NCBI GenBank assembly: GCA_964634855.1
Contig: CAZWKK010000002.1
Location: 1 to 28,559 of the forward strand
From: an uncultured Anaerolinea sp.
GTDB lineage: Bacteria; Chloroflexota; Anaerolineae; Anaerolineales; Anaerolineaceae
Length of the DNA stretch: 28,559 nt
Direction: 5' to 3'
Part shown: positions 17,023 through 25,733 of the stretch, one piece after another
Layout of the letters: every line of letters begins with the position of its first letter
Position numbering within the stretch: the first letter of the stretch is position 1
Translations under genes and position numbers: made by a program
The notes under the pieces: generated by a model
What the model was told of the DNA's origin: nothing
The model's input: the letters and a program-made list of their open reading frames with translations, nothing else
The model's database searches: none

Positions 17023-18864
17023 ATGTGTGGAATTGTTGGTTACATTGGTGAGCAAGACGCTACTCCAATCATTTTAAAAGGCTTGAAACGGCTTGAATAC
17101 CGAGGTTATGATTCTGCAGGGATCGCCGTATTAACTAACGGACATATCGAAGTTCGTCGTGATGCCGGCAAATTGGGCAATTTGGAAGCACTGGTCGAAC
17201 AAAACCCGATCAAAGGACGGGTAGGGATTGGCCATACCCGTTGGGCTACCCATGGCGAACCGACCGCACGAAATGCACACCCACATATGGGGGCGACCGG
17301 CAAGGTTGTGGTGGTGCACAACGGAATTGTCGAGAATTTCATTGAGCTTAAAGAAGAATTGAGTCAGGACGGCGCTGTTTTCCAATCGGATACCGATACT
17401 GAGACCATTGTATTGTTGGTGGAAAAGTACATGAAAACTGGGCTTGGCCTGGAAGCTGCTGCCCGTAAAACACTGGCCCGCCTTAAGGGTGCTCATGGCG
17501 TAGTGCTCTTCTCTTCTCAGGAACCAGATAAGATCGTGGCAGCACGCATTGGCAATGCCGGCGGAGTTGTATTAGGCCTTGGCGAAGGAGAGAACTTCAT
17601 TGCCTCCGATATTCCGGCCATTATGGAACATACCCGCAAATTGATCTTTTTAGAATCACGCCAGATGGCTGTGGTGACCCGCCAGGGCATTACCCTTTCT
17701 ACCATTGAAGGAACGCCGATCGAGGCGAAGATCTCTACTGTAGCCTGGGACCCTGTGGCTGCAGAAAAAGGCAACTACCGCCACTTTATGCAAAAAGAGA
17801 TCCACGAGCAGGTCAGGGCTTTGAACGATACTCTGGCTGGTCGGGTGGATTTTGAAGACGGCAGCATTCGTTTGCCCCAATTAAAACTGGATGCTGAAAA
17901 TGCCAAACAATTCAATCGCATCGTCATTACTGCCTGCGGTACGGCATGGCACGCTGGTATGGTAGGACGAATCTTGTTGGAACGTATTGCCAGAATTCCG
18001 ACCAGCGTGGAAATTGCCTCTGAATTCCGCTATGCTGATCCGCTGGTGGATGAGCACACCATTGCCATGGCCATCAGCCAGTCGGGTGAAACAGCCGATA
18101 CCCTGGCAGCCATGGATGAAGCCCGCAAGCATGGGGCAAAACTTTGGTCCATCGTCAATGCCATTGGTTCTCAGGCCATGCGCATTGCGGATGGGTATAT
18201 TTCCATGCAGACCGGGCCGGAGATCGGCGTGGCCTCTACCAAGGCCTTTACAGCCCCTCTGGTGGACCAATACATGTTAGCCATCCTTTTGGGTGAGCTT
18301 CGCGGAACGGTCAGCTTGGAAAAACGCAAAGAACTGGTCAACGACCTGCGCCTGGTGCCAGAATTGGTGGGTCAATGCCTGGACCGTGAAGGGGAGGTAG
18401 AGAAGATCGCTGCGGTATTGAAAGATACCAAAGATATGCTCTACCTGGGTCGCGGCATTAATATGCCCATCGCCTATGAAGGCGCTCTCAAACTTAAAGA
18501 GATCTCTTATATTCATGCAGAAGCCTACCCGGCTGGTGAAATGAAACATGGGCCGATCGCTCTGGTGGATAAAGATATGCCAGTCTTGGCCATTGCCACT
18601 GAGGATATGTGGCATGAGAAGATGATCAGCCAGATCGAGCAGGCCAAAGCACGGGGTGGCGTGGTGGTTGCGGTTGCCACTGAAGGCGACGAACGTATTG
18701 CCAGACTGGTGGACCATGTTTTGTGGGTACCCAAGACCCCCTGGCTGCTCAGCCCGGTAGTCAATGTGATCCCGCTGCAGATCCTAGCCTATCACATTGC
18801 CTGTCAACGTGGGTTGGATGTTGACCAGCCGCGAAATTTGGCAAAATCAGTAACGGTCGAATAA
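17023..18864 (+). CDS. glmS: Glutamine--fructose-6-phosphate transaminase (isomerizing)
   Basis: Start placed at 17023 (MCGIVG, catalytic Cys) behind GGAGG. RGYDSAG, GHTRWATHG, SQSGETADT, GVASTKAF, MKHGP, C-terminal RNLAKSVTVE. Confidence 0.99.
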   Translation: MCGIVGYIGEQDATPIILKGLKRLEYRGYDSAGIAVLTNGHIEVRRDAGKLGNLEALVEQNPIKGRVGIGHTRWATHGEPTARNAHPHMGATGKVVVVHNGIVENFIELKEELSQDGAVFQSDTDTETIVLLVEKYMKTGLGLEAAARKTLARLKGAHGVVLFSSQEPDKIVAARIGNAGGVVLGLGEGENFIASDIPAIMEHTRKLIFLESRQMAVVTRQGITLSTIEGTPIEAKISTVAWDPVAAEKGNYRHFMQKEIHEQVRALNDTLAGRVDFEDGSIRLPQLKLDAENAKQFNRIVITACGTAWHAGMVGRILLERIARIPTSVEIASEFRYADPLVDEHTIAMAISQSGETADTLAAMDEARKHGAKLWSIVNAIGSQAMRIADGYISMQTGPEIGVASTKAFTAPLVDQYMLAILLGELRGTVSLEKRKELVNDLRLVPELVGQCLDREGEVEKIAAVLKDTKDMLYLGRGINMPIAYEGALKLKEISYIHAEAYPAGEMKHGPIALVDKDMPVLAIATEDMWHEKMISQIEQAKARGGVVVAVATEGDERIARLVDHVLWVPKTPWLLSPVVNVIPLQILAYHIACQRGLDVDQPRNLAKSVTVE

Positions 18865-18883
18865 GGATCTACGCATAAATACC

Positions 18884-18917
18884 AAAGAGCTGAGAGGAAA
18901 ACCTCACAGCTCTTTTT
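18884..18917 (+). terminator. glmS terminator, overlapping the last codons of the convergent regulator gene
   Basis: AAAGAGCTG-A-GAGG-AAAA-CCTC-A-CAGCTCTTT followed by TT. The regulator's stop codon (18904-18906) lies inside the stem. Confidence 0.75.
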
Positions 18918-19407
18918 GGATTTTGGCAATGATGTCTTTTGCCAGGTTGGCATCCAGGAAATCAGTTTCGGTGAGGGAGATCAACGGACCATCTGGACCA
19001 GCGATCCATTTAGCCTCAATTCCTTTGGTGTGTAAAAAGGCTACTGCCTGATTCAATTTTGCGGTGGGGTGACCAGTTGGAGCGAAATCTGCGAGGATAG
19101 AATCAGCAATTTGGACAGTGAGTTCTTCTTCTGAGAGGCCGAGAGAGTGAAGCAAATGGGTCTGGGATTGGACAAGGGTCTGCACCCAGGTTCGATTCAA
19201 AGGGCGGATAGCCTGATAAGCATGGGCTGGCCGTCCCACCTGATTTGTAGATGTCAGTGTTTTGACCACACGCCCTTCGCTGATCAACTCGTTCAGGTGA
19301 TGGCGGATATCTGCGCGGGTGAGATGAAGCATGCGGCTCAATTGGGGGATGGTGAGGGGGCCTTTTTGAATGAGTGTTTCAAAGATCAATTCAGCGGGTT
19401 TTGACAT
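18904..19407 (-). CDS. Winged-HTH transcriptional regulator (ArsR/SufR-like N-terminus)
   Basis: LTIPQLSRMLHLTRADIRHHLNELISEGRV...VGRPAHAY matches the HTH plus GRPxxxY wing of SufR-like proteins. Start placed at 19407 (MSKPAE); the ORF track extends to a TTG at 19428. Confidence 0.8.
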   Translation of the reverse strand: MSKPAELIFETLIQKGPLTIPQLSRMLHLTRADIRHHLNELISEGRVVKTLTSTNQVGRPAHAYQAIRPLNRTWVQTLVQSQTHLLHSLGLSEEELTVQIADSILADFAPTGHPTAKLNQAVAFLHTKGIEAKWIAGPDGPLISLTETDFLDANLAKDIIAKIQKEL

Positions 19408-19440
19408 TTTATACCCGATTCTTCCCAATTAATTAAGATA

Positions 19441-19506
19441 ATAATTATTATGTTAATTATAACCTTGACTTTGAATTAATCAAAGATAAAATGAATCTAA
19501 ATTAGA
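19441..19506. promoter_or_regulatory. Overlapping divergent promoters with palindromic candidate operators
   Basis: Plus strand TTGACT (19465-70), 16 bp, TAAAAT (19487-92). Minus strand TTGATT (19483-78), 16 bp, TATAAT (19461-56). Palindromes CTTTGA-ATTAA-TCAAAG (19469-85), ATAATTA-N6-TAATTAT (19441-60) and TCTAA-A-TTAGA (19496-19506). Confidence 0.6.
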
Positions 19507-19527
19507 GAATTATTTGGAGGTGCCGCA

Positions 19528-20187
19528 GTGGCAAGACCAAATTTGAACAAAGAAGGCGTTGATATCCCCGCCGAGATGCAAGGGCAGGTGGCAGTGACCA
19601 CTCTGGACCGTGTCTACAATTGGAGCCGTGAAAATTCCATGTGGCCCATGATGTTTGGCTTGGCCTGTTGCGCCATTGAAATGATCGCGACTGCCGCCAG
19701 CCGTTATGATCTGGCCCGATTTGGCATGGAAGTGATGCGACCCAGTCCCAGGCAAGCTGACGTGATGATCGTGTCTGGTACGGTCACCAAAAAGATGGTG
19801 CCTCAGATTGTCCGTCTGTATAACCAAATGGCTGAGCCACGTTACGTCATCGCCATGGGCGCCTGCGCTTCTGGCGGTGGCCTCTTCAAAGATGGCTATA
19901 ACGTGGTTCCTGGCGTTGATAAGTTCATCCCCGTTGATGTTTACATTGCTGGCTGTCCTCCAACTCCTCAAGCGCTTCTCAATGGGCTGATAACTTTGCA
20001 AAAGAAAGTGGAACGGGAATCCATTAAGACCTCCAAGTGGTATCAGAAAGGCCCCTCAGAGCCCATCCCTGTGCCGGTATTAGGCCCAGACCTGATGTCA
20101 CCCGATCAATACCACTTGATCTGCCAGTTGACCCATGCACCAGAACCAGTAGTACAACCTGAAATCGGGGAGGAAACCCATGCCTGA
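19528..20187 (+). CDS. nuoB: NADH-quinone oxidoreductase subunit B homologue
   Basis: GTG start behind [19 protein letters not shown] (tandem Cys of cluster N2), [31 protein letters not shown]. Confidence 0.95.
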   Translation: MARPNLNKEGVDIPAEMQGQVAVTTLDRVYNWSRENSMWPMMFGLACCAIEMIATAASRYDLARFGMEVMRPSPRQADVMIVSGTVTKKMVPQIVRLYNQMAEPRYVIAMGACASGGGLFKDGYNVVPGVDKFIPVDVYIAGCPPTPQALLNGLITLQKKVERESIKTSKWYQKGPSEPIPVPVLGPDLMSPDQYHLICQLTHAPEPVVQPEIGEETHA

Positions 20188-21928
20188 GTTTGATCTGTCA
20201 GCGAAAGTGATGGCGGGTTTGGAAGCAAAGCACCCCGGGTTGGTAAACCACGATGATCGTCCAGGTTTTGGCGGTGGGATCGTGGAAGCTGCCCATCTAC
20301 TAGAAGTAGTGAAAACATTACACGATGACCTTGGCTATGATTTTCTCTCATCGGTCACCGCGGCAGATGATTACCCGGAAGACAAATTGGAAGTCATTTA
20401 CCACCTGTTCAAATCCAGCGGTGGTAATGGCCTTTCACTGAAAGTGTTCACTCCAAGAGATGGGGCTCACGTTCCATCTTTGGTTAGCCTCTACCCGGGT
20501 GCTGAATTACAGGAGCGAGAGGTATATGACCTGTACGGCATTCGCTTTGATGGTCATCCTGACCTGCGCCGTATCTTGTTGTGGGAGGGCTTTGCTGGTT
20601 ACCCCTTGCGAAAGGATTGGAAAGAACCTTTTTACGAAGAGGATGTGAAGCCGTTTAAATCCCGCTGGCCAGAAGGTAAAAGTGAGTGGATCGAAAATAA
20701 AAATCCTTACGGCGGGAATGTTCAGTATCCGCGTGAGTTTGAACCAGAAAAGTGGATCCCTGAACATGAAGATCTGCTGTATAAAGGGCTTTCTCATGGT
20801 GATGAACACAGCAGTGAGGAATTAAAGACCGATCAGTTGGTGGTAAACCTTGGACCTCAACATCCCTCCACCCATGGTGTTTTCCGTATGGTGGCGGTGT
20901 TGGAGGGAGAGACGGTTGTGGATGTCAAACCGGTCATGGGGTATCTACATCGTAATCATGAAAAGATCGGTGAGCGGAATACTTATTTACAGATCATGCC
21001 ATATACTGACCGGCTGGATTACATCTCCTCCATGAGCAATAATTTTGGTTATGCCCTCACAGTGGAAAAACTGATGGGCATCAAACCGCCAGAACGTGCC
21101 GATTACATTCGGGTGATGATGGCTGAGCTGACGCGTATCGAAAGTCACATCATGTCCATTGGCTTTCTGCTCAATGATCTGGGCGCTTACTTCACGCCTG
21201 CCTTGTACTCTTTGGAAGAGCGCGAACTGATCTTGGATATCTTTGAAGCTGTATCTGGCTCGCGAATGATGTGTAATTACTTCCGCTTTGGCGGGGTAGT
21301 GCGTGATGTGAGTGAAGAAATTCTCAAAAAGGTGAAAGACCTGGTGGAGAACCGGTTGCCCAAGAAAGTGGATGATCTGGACCGCTACCTTTCTGGAAAC
21401 GAAATCGTTCGGGCCAGAACCGAAGGCGTTGGGGTCATCACTGGCGAGCAGGCAATTGCCCTCAGCATTACCGGCCCAATTTTACGGGCGTCTGGCATTC
21501 CGTACGATATCCGGCGCGCCGATCCTTATAGTATTTATGAGCGTTTTGACTTTGATGTGATCATCGGTCAACATGGTGATATTTTTGATCGCTATAAAGT
21601 GAGACTTGACGAGATCCGTCAGAGCATCCGCATCTTGCAGCAAGTATTGCAACAAATGCCTAAAGAAGGTCCTGTCATGACAGGCAAATTGCAGTATCAG
21701 GTACGTGTTCCTGCTGGTGAGGCATACGGCCGGGTGGAAGGGCCGAAAGGTGAACTGGGCTTTTATGTTGTCTCAGATGGAAAACCGAACCCGAAACGGT
21801 ATCATGTGCGCGCCCCATCGTTCATCAATTTGACTGGTCTGGCAGCAATGGGCCGGGGCGAAAAAGTGGCCGATCTTGTGGCTGTATTGGGCTCAATTGA
21901 TATTGTGTTGGGCGAAGTAGATCGATAG
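20180..21928 (+). CDS. nuoCD: Fused NADH-quinone oxidoreductase subunit C/D homologue
   Basis: C domain: [30 protein letters not shown] domain: [41 protein letters not shown]. No Ni-binding CxxC motifs. Confidence 0.95.
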   Translation: MPEFDLSAKVMAGLEAKHPGLVNHDDRPGFGGGIVEAAHLLEVVKTLHDDLGYDFLSSVTAADDYPEDKLEVIYHLFKSSGGNGLSLKVFTPRDGAHVPSLVSLYPGAELQEREVYDLYGIRFDGHPDLRRILLWEGFAGYPLRKDWKEPFYEEDVKPFKSRWPEGKSEWIENKNPYGGNVQYPREFEPEKWIPEHEDLLYKGLSHGDEHSSEELKTDQLVVNLGPQHPSTHGVFRMVAVLEGETVVDVKPVMGYLHRNHEKIGERNTYLQIMPYTDRLDYISSMSNNFGYALTVEKLMGIKPPERADYIRVMMAELTRIESHIMSIGFLLNDLGAYFTPALYSLEERELILDIFEAVSGSRMMCNYFRFGGVVRDVSEEILKKVKDLVENRLPKKVDDLDRYLSGNEIVRARTEGVGVITGEQAIALSITGPILRASGIPYDIRRADPYSIYERFDFDVIIGQHGDIFDRYKVRLDEIRQSIRILQQVLQQMPKEGPVMTGKLQYQVRVPAGEAYGRVEGPKGELGFYVVSDGKPNPKRYHVRAPSFINLTGLAAMGRGEKVADLVAVLGSIDIVLGEVDR

Positions 21929-21940
21929 GCTGGAGGAAGC

Positions 21941-22540
21941 ATGAAGGGTTCAGGAATCATCAAAGGACTGGGTGTCACATTCAAGCACTTCTTTGATACC
22001 TATTTGGTCGATGCCCGTGAGGGCAAGAAACGTTATAACAATGAAAAGGGGATTGAATCAAGGACATCTGCAGATGTCTCTGGGTTCTTTACAGTGCAAT
22101 ACCCTGAAGAACAAATGCCTGTGCCAGAAGAATTTCGCTTTTTACCCTTCCTTGTTTACGAACATGATGAAGCTGGCGAAAAAAAGTATCGCTGCACTGC
22201 ATGCGGAATCTGCTCCAAAGTTTGCCCGCCGCAATGTATTTGGATCACCCGCAAGACAGATCCTGTCACTGGGAAACCGATCCCGCAGCCGGAGAGTTAT
22301 CAGATCGATACAGATATTTGTATGAACTGCGGCCTCTGTGTGGAATACTGCCCGTTTGATGCAATCAAAATGGATCATGATTTTGAATTATCTTCCTATG
22401 ATCGCCAGAATGGTGCTCATATTTACGATAAAGAGAAACTTGGTAAACCGGTTGAATATTATGCTAAAATTCGACCAGTGAATTTTGCCCGCGAAGAAGC
22501 TGCAAAAAAGGCTAAAGCGGGGGCAGCTAATCCTGTTTGA
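21941..22540 (+). CDS. nuoI: NADH-quinone oxidoreductase subunit I homologue (2x[4Fe-4S])
   Basis: GLGVTFKHF, TVQYPEE, CTACGICSKVCP, IDTDICMNCGLCVEYCPFDAI. Confidence 0.9.
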   Translation: MKGSGIIKGLGVTFKHFFDTYLVDAREGKKRYNNEKGIESRTSADVSGFFTVQYPEEQMPVPEEFRFLPFLVYEHDEAGEKKYRCTACGICSKVCPPQCIWITRKTDPVTGKPIPQPESYQIDTDICMNCGLCVEYCPFDAIKMDHDFELSSYDRQNGAHIYDKEKLGKPVEYYAKIRPVNFAREEAAKKAKAGAANPV

Positions 22541-22549
22541 TGAAAGCGG

Positions 22550-22882
22550 GTGATCATGTTCAACTCAGATACTGAATTATTTTTCCCAATTCGGGTCATT
22601 CCGAACCTTGCCGATATACGCGGTAAACAATGGGAAGAATTGATCCAGCATTTGAGCTCAGCAGAAGCAACTGAGGCTGAGCAGATCGCATTTACTGACC
22701 TGGTGGTTCACTTGGCCGGATGTGCGGGCTGTGATGCTGACTCCTTCCGCGCAATGCGGGGTTGTACTCAGTGTGCGCGGCTGGTGATCCGTAGATTCAA
22801 AGGGACCGATCAGGAATTATTGGACCAGTATCATCAGTGCCAGGCAGAAGTAAATGAGTTTCTGCAAAAACGTACTGGATGA
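22550..22882 (+). CDS. Small hypothetical protein with CxxC-x10-CxxC motif (putative metal/Fe-S binding)
   Basis: 110 aa, fills the gap between nuoI (9 nt) and mrp (16 nt). CAGCDADSFRAMRGCTQC at 22721-22774. Start is GTG 22550 or ATG 22556. Confidence 0.75.
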   Translation: MIMFNSDTELFFPIRVIPNLADIRGKQWEELIQHLSSAEATEAEQIAFTDLVVHLAGCAGCDADSFRAMRGCTQCARLVIRRFKGTDQELLDQYHQCQAEVNEFLQKRTG

Positions 22883-22898
22883 TCAAAAGGAAAGATCA

Positions 22899-23954
22899 AT
22901 GATCTCATCGAAGGATGTATTAGGTGCATTGGGTACCGTTATGGAACCTGAACTGCACAAAGATCTGGTTACACTCAACATGGTCGAGAATGTGACCATT
23001 GAAGGCGGGAAAGTTCGTTTTAAAGTGATCCTCACCACGCCTGCCTGTCCGCTACGCGGGAAGATCGAACACGAGGCCAAAGAAGCCGTCATGAAACTGG
23101 ACGGTGTCAAAGAAGTGGTCGTGGATATGGACGCCAAGGTCATGTCGGATGGCAAAGTCCGCGAACTGCTTACATTGCCTATTCATAATGTGGTGGCGGT
23201 CGCTTCTGGTAAGGGCGGTGTGGGAAAATCGACCGTGGCGGTTAACCTGGCAGTGGCTTTAGCTCAAAAAGGAGCCAGGGTTGGTTTGCTTGATGCTGAT
23301 ATCTATGGTCCAAACATTCCCACCATGATGGGCGTGGATCATTTACCTGCACCCAAAGAGAACCGCTTGCAACCGGCTGTCTCTCACGGCGTTAAGATGA
23401 TGTCTATTGGCTTTATGGTACGACCTGGCCAACCGCTTATCTGGCGTGGTCCGATGCTTCATACGGCCATCCGGCAATTCCTGGCCGATGTAGAGTGGGG
23501 TGAGTTGGATTACTTGATCGTGGATATGCCGCCTGGAACCGGAGATGCACAATTAAGTTTGATGCAGTCGGTGAACCTGAGCGGTGGGGTCATAGTTACA
23601 TTGCCCCAGCAAGTTTCAATTGATGATGCCAGTAGGGGGCTTTCAATGTTCCGTGAAATGAAAGTGCCTGTTCTGGGTATAATTGAGAACATGAGCTATC
23701 TGGAAATGCCAGATGGCACCAAGATGGATATCTTCGGTCAGGGCGGCGGTGCCGAACTGGCCAGAGCTACGAAATCACCCTTCCTGGGAGAGATCCCCAT
23801 GGAACCGGATGTCCGCATCGGCGGCGATTCGGGTAAACCAATCGTCATGGCAAGACCTGAATCAAAAGCGGCCAAGGCGCTGGTGGAGATCACCGAAAAA
23901 TTGGCTGCCCAGATCAGTATTGCCGCATTCGCTGCCAGGGCAGAAAACAACTAG
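22899..23954 (+). CDS. mrp: Mrp/ApbC/NBP35-family P-loop ATPase with N-terminal DUF59 domain
   Basis: Start placed at 22899 (MISSKD) behind AAGGA. EPELHKDLVTLNMV...LTTPACP, SGKGGVGKST, DADIYGP, WRGP, DMPPGTGD, ENMS. The CxxC that usually follows ENMS is absent. Confidence 0.93.
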   Translation: MISSKDVLGALGTVMEPELHKDLVTLNMVENVTIEGGKVRFKVILTTPACPLRGKIEHEAKEAVMKLDGVKEVVVDMDAKVMSDGKVRELLTLPIHNVVAVASGKGGVGKSTVAVNLAVALAQKGARVGLLDADIYGPNIPTMMGVDHLPAPKENRLQPAVSHGVKMMSIGFMVRPGQPLIWRGPMLHTAIRQFLADVEWGELDYLIVDMPPGTGDAQLSLMQSVNLSGGVIVTLPQQVSIDDASRGLSMFREMKVPVLGIIENMSYLEMPDGTKMDIFGQGGGAELARATKSPFLGEIPMEPDVRIGGDSGKPIVMARPESKAAKALVEITEKLAAQISIAAFAARAENN

Positions 23955-23970
23955 AGAGAGAGTTAGTCTC

Positions 23971-24900
23971 ATGGATAGTGTCAGTACTCCTATTATCGTT
24001 GGAGTCCGATTTAGCAAAGTCGGCAAGATCTACCATTTTGATGCCTCCAAGATCGAAAATTTCCGCAAAGGGGATGTGGTGATCGTCGAAACCAGCCGTG
24101 GCTGGCAGCTTGGCGAGATCGTAGTACCCAAAGTGGAAGATGCTACTCCGCCGCCAGAAGGTGCCTGGAAATTGATCGATCGTCTGGCCACGCCGCGTGA
24201 CCTGTTGCAACGCCAATCGTGGCAGGCAAAAGAGCCCGAAGTGACTGTGGCAGCCCGAGAGCGAGCCAAAGAGCTACGGCTGAACGGGATCAAGATCATC
24301 TTCGCTGAATACAGCTATGATGGTGCAAGACTTTCCATTTTCTTCAGTTCCGATTCAGAAGATAAAGCGGAATTGAAATCTTTACGTTCCGATATGCAAC
24401 GTATCTATGGACCCGCCCAGGTGGATTTGCGCCAGATTGGCCCACGTGATGTGGCCAAATATCTCGGCGGCATGGGTGCCTGCGGTATGGAAACCCGTTG
24501 CTGTTCCATGTTCATCACCGAATTCAGTTCCATCTCCATTCGTATGGCCAAAGAACAGGGCATTTCATTGACGCCGACCGAGATCACCGGTATGTGTGGC
24601 AGATTGCGCTGTTGTTTGATCTACGAATACGAAACTTATGTTGAAGCCAAAAAGAACCTTCCCAAGAAAAATAAACGGGTTATCACGCCCAAGGGTGAAG
24701 GAAAAGTGGTTGATCTCATGCCCTTGCGTAATGGCGTGATCGTAGAATTACAGGACCTTGGACGGATCGAGTTCAAGTTGGAAGAGCTCAAGCCGGCTGA
24801 AGAATATGAAGCATTTGTGCATAAGGCCGAGAATCCGAGTTGCGCCAGTTCTTCTGGCGGCAGTGGAACAGGATGTTCTCGTTGCCAGAAGAGGCAATAA
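23971..24900 (+). CDS. PSP1 / RicT (YaaT)-family protein
   Basis: Start placed at 23971 (MDSVST). VGVRFSKVGKIYHF, VIVETSRG, DLRQIGPRDVAKYLGGMGACGMETRCC, SIRMAKEQ, ITGMCGRLRCCLIYE. Confidence 0.9.
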   Translation: MDSVSTPIIVGVRFSKVGKIYHFDASKIENFRKGDVVIVETSRGWQLGEIVVPKVEDATPPPEGAWKLIDRLATPRDLLQRQSWQAKEPEVTVAARERAKELRLNGIKIIFAEYSYDGARLSIFFSSDSEDKAELKSLRSDMQRIYGPAQVDLRQIGPRDVAKYLGGMGACGMETRCCSMFITEFSSISIRMAKEQGISLTPTEITGMCGRLRCCLIYEYETYVEAKKNLPKKNKRVITPKGEGKVVDLMPLRNGVIVELQDLGRIEFKLEELKPAEEYEAFVHKAENPSCASSSGGSGTGCSRCQKRQ

Positions 24901-25629
24901 ATGGTTTTTGAACCTGAAGGATGGAATGAAGGAAAGAAAATTCTGGTAATTCTGGCTCATCCAGATGACCCAGAATTTTTTTGCGGTGCTACTTTGGCCA
25001 GGTGGAGCCAACTTGGGCATGAAGTACGCTATTGTTTGCTGACAAAAGGCCAGAAAGGCGCCCCCGATCTAAAACGCAGCCCAGAAGAACTGGCAGCTTT
25101 ACGTGTGGTTGAACAAAAGGCAGCCGCAGCTACCCTGGGGGTGCGATCTGTTGAGTTTTTGGACTATGTGGATGGAGAAGTATTCCCAGATCTGGAAATG
25201 CGCAAAAAGATCGTGCGTGTCATCCGTCGCTGGAGACCTGAGATCCTTGTTAGCAGTGACCCGCTGAATCTGTTCCCCACGGATACCCGAATCAACCACC
25301 CAGATCACCGCGCGGCAGGGCAGGCAGTGGTTGATGCTGCGTTCCCGGCAGTGGGGAACCCGATGTTCTACCCGGAATTGATCTCACAAGAGGGGTTACA
25401 GCCTCACTCTGTTGATGAAATTTGGCTTTCGGCAACGGCTCATCCGAATTTTTACATGGATGTTACACAGCAATTTGAGGCTAAACTGGCTGCCATTCAT
25501 TGCCACAAGTCTCAGATCAATATGCCTCTTGAGAAATTCGACGCTATGATGCGGCAGCGTTTGATAAAAAACGATGAAACCGGAATGGAAGTCTATAAAG
25601 AGCAGTTTAAACGCATCAAATTTGGTTAA
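24901..25629 (+). CDS. PIG-L/LmbE-family zinc deacetylase
   Basis: LAHPDDPEF, LTKGQKG, HPDHRAAG, KLAAIHCHKSQ. The ATG directly abuts the upstream TAA. Confidence 0.92.
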   Translation: MVFEPEGWNEGKKILVILAHPDDPEFFCGATLARWSQLGHEVRYCLLTKGQKGAPDLKRSPEELAALRVVEQKAAAATLGVRSVEFLDYVDGEVFPDLEMRKKIVRVIRRWRPEILVSSDPLNLFPTDTRINHPDHRAAGQAVVDAAFPAVGNPMFYPELISQEGLQPHSVDEIWLSATAHPNFYMDVTQQFEAKLAAIHCHKSQINMPLEKFDAMMRQRLIKNDETGMEVYKEQFKRIKFG

Positions 25630-25649
25630 TTCCTGACAATAAATCCTAA

Positions 25650-25660
25650 TAATCAGATTA
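25650..25660. promoter_or_regulatory. Candidate operator, copy 1 (TAATC-A-GATTA)
   Basis: 11-bp palindrome; the 13-mer AATAATCAGATTA (25648-25660) recurs exactly at 25732-25744. Confidence 0.5.
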
Positions 25661-25679
25661 ATAGAACAGAATGTGATGA

Positions 25680-25714
25680 ATAACAGGCTTGAAATCCTAT
25701 TTCAAGCCTGTTAT
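25680..25714. repeat. Perfect 16-bp inverted repeat (probable terminator of the nuo-mrp operon) overlapping the GntR promoter
   Basis: ATAACAGGCTTGAAAT-CCT-ATTTCAAGCCTGTTAT. The following U-tract is weak. Confidence 0.75.
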
Positions 25715-25717
25715 AAT
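25689..25717 (+). promoter_or_regulatory. Sigma70-type promoter for the GntR-OFOR operon
   Basis: TTGAAA (25689-94), 17 bp spacer, TATAAT (25712-17), with TG extended -10 at 25709-10. Confidence 0.78.
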
Positions 25718-25733
25718 GGTTTATAAATCGGAA

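Noticed and set aside
20180-21928. Group 4 [NiFe]-hydrogenase or MBS-type large subunit
   Set aside because: Both CxxC positions are replaced ([14 protein letters not shown]) and the quinone-site residues are present.
23953-23962. (AG)5 tract before the PSP1 gene as a phase-variation site
   Set aside because: Too short, mostly intergenic, and it probably just serves as the RBS.
23713-23970. N-terminal extension of the PSP1 ORF
   Set aside because: Overlaps mrp by about 240 nt in another frame; family similarity begins at Met 23971.
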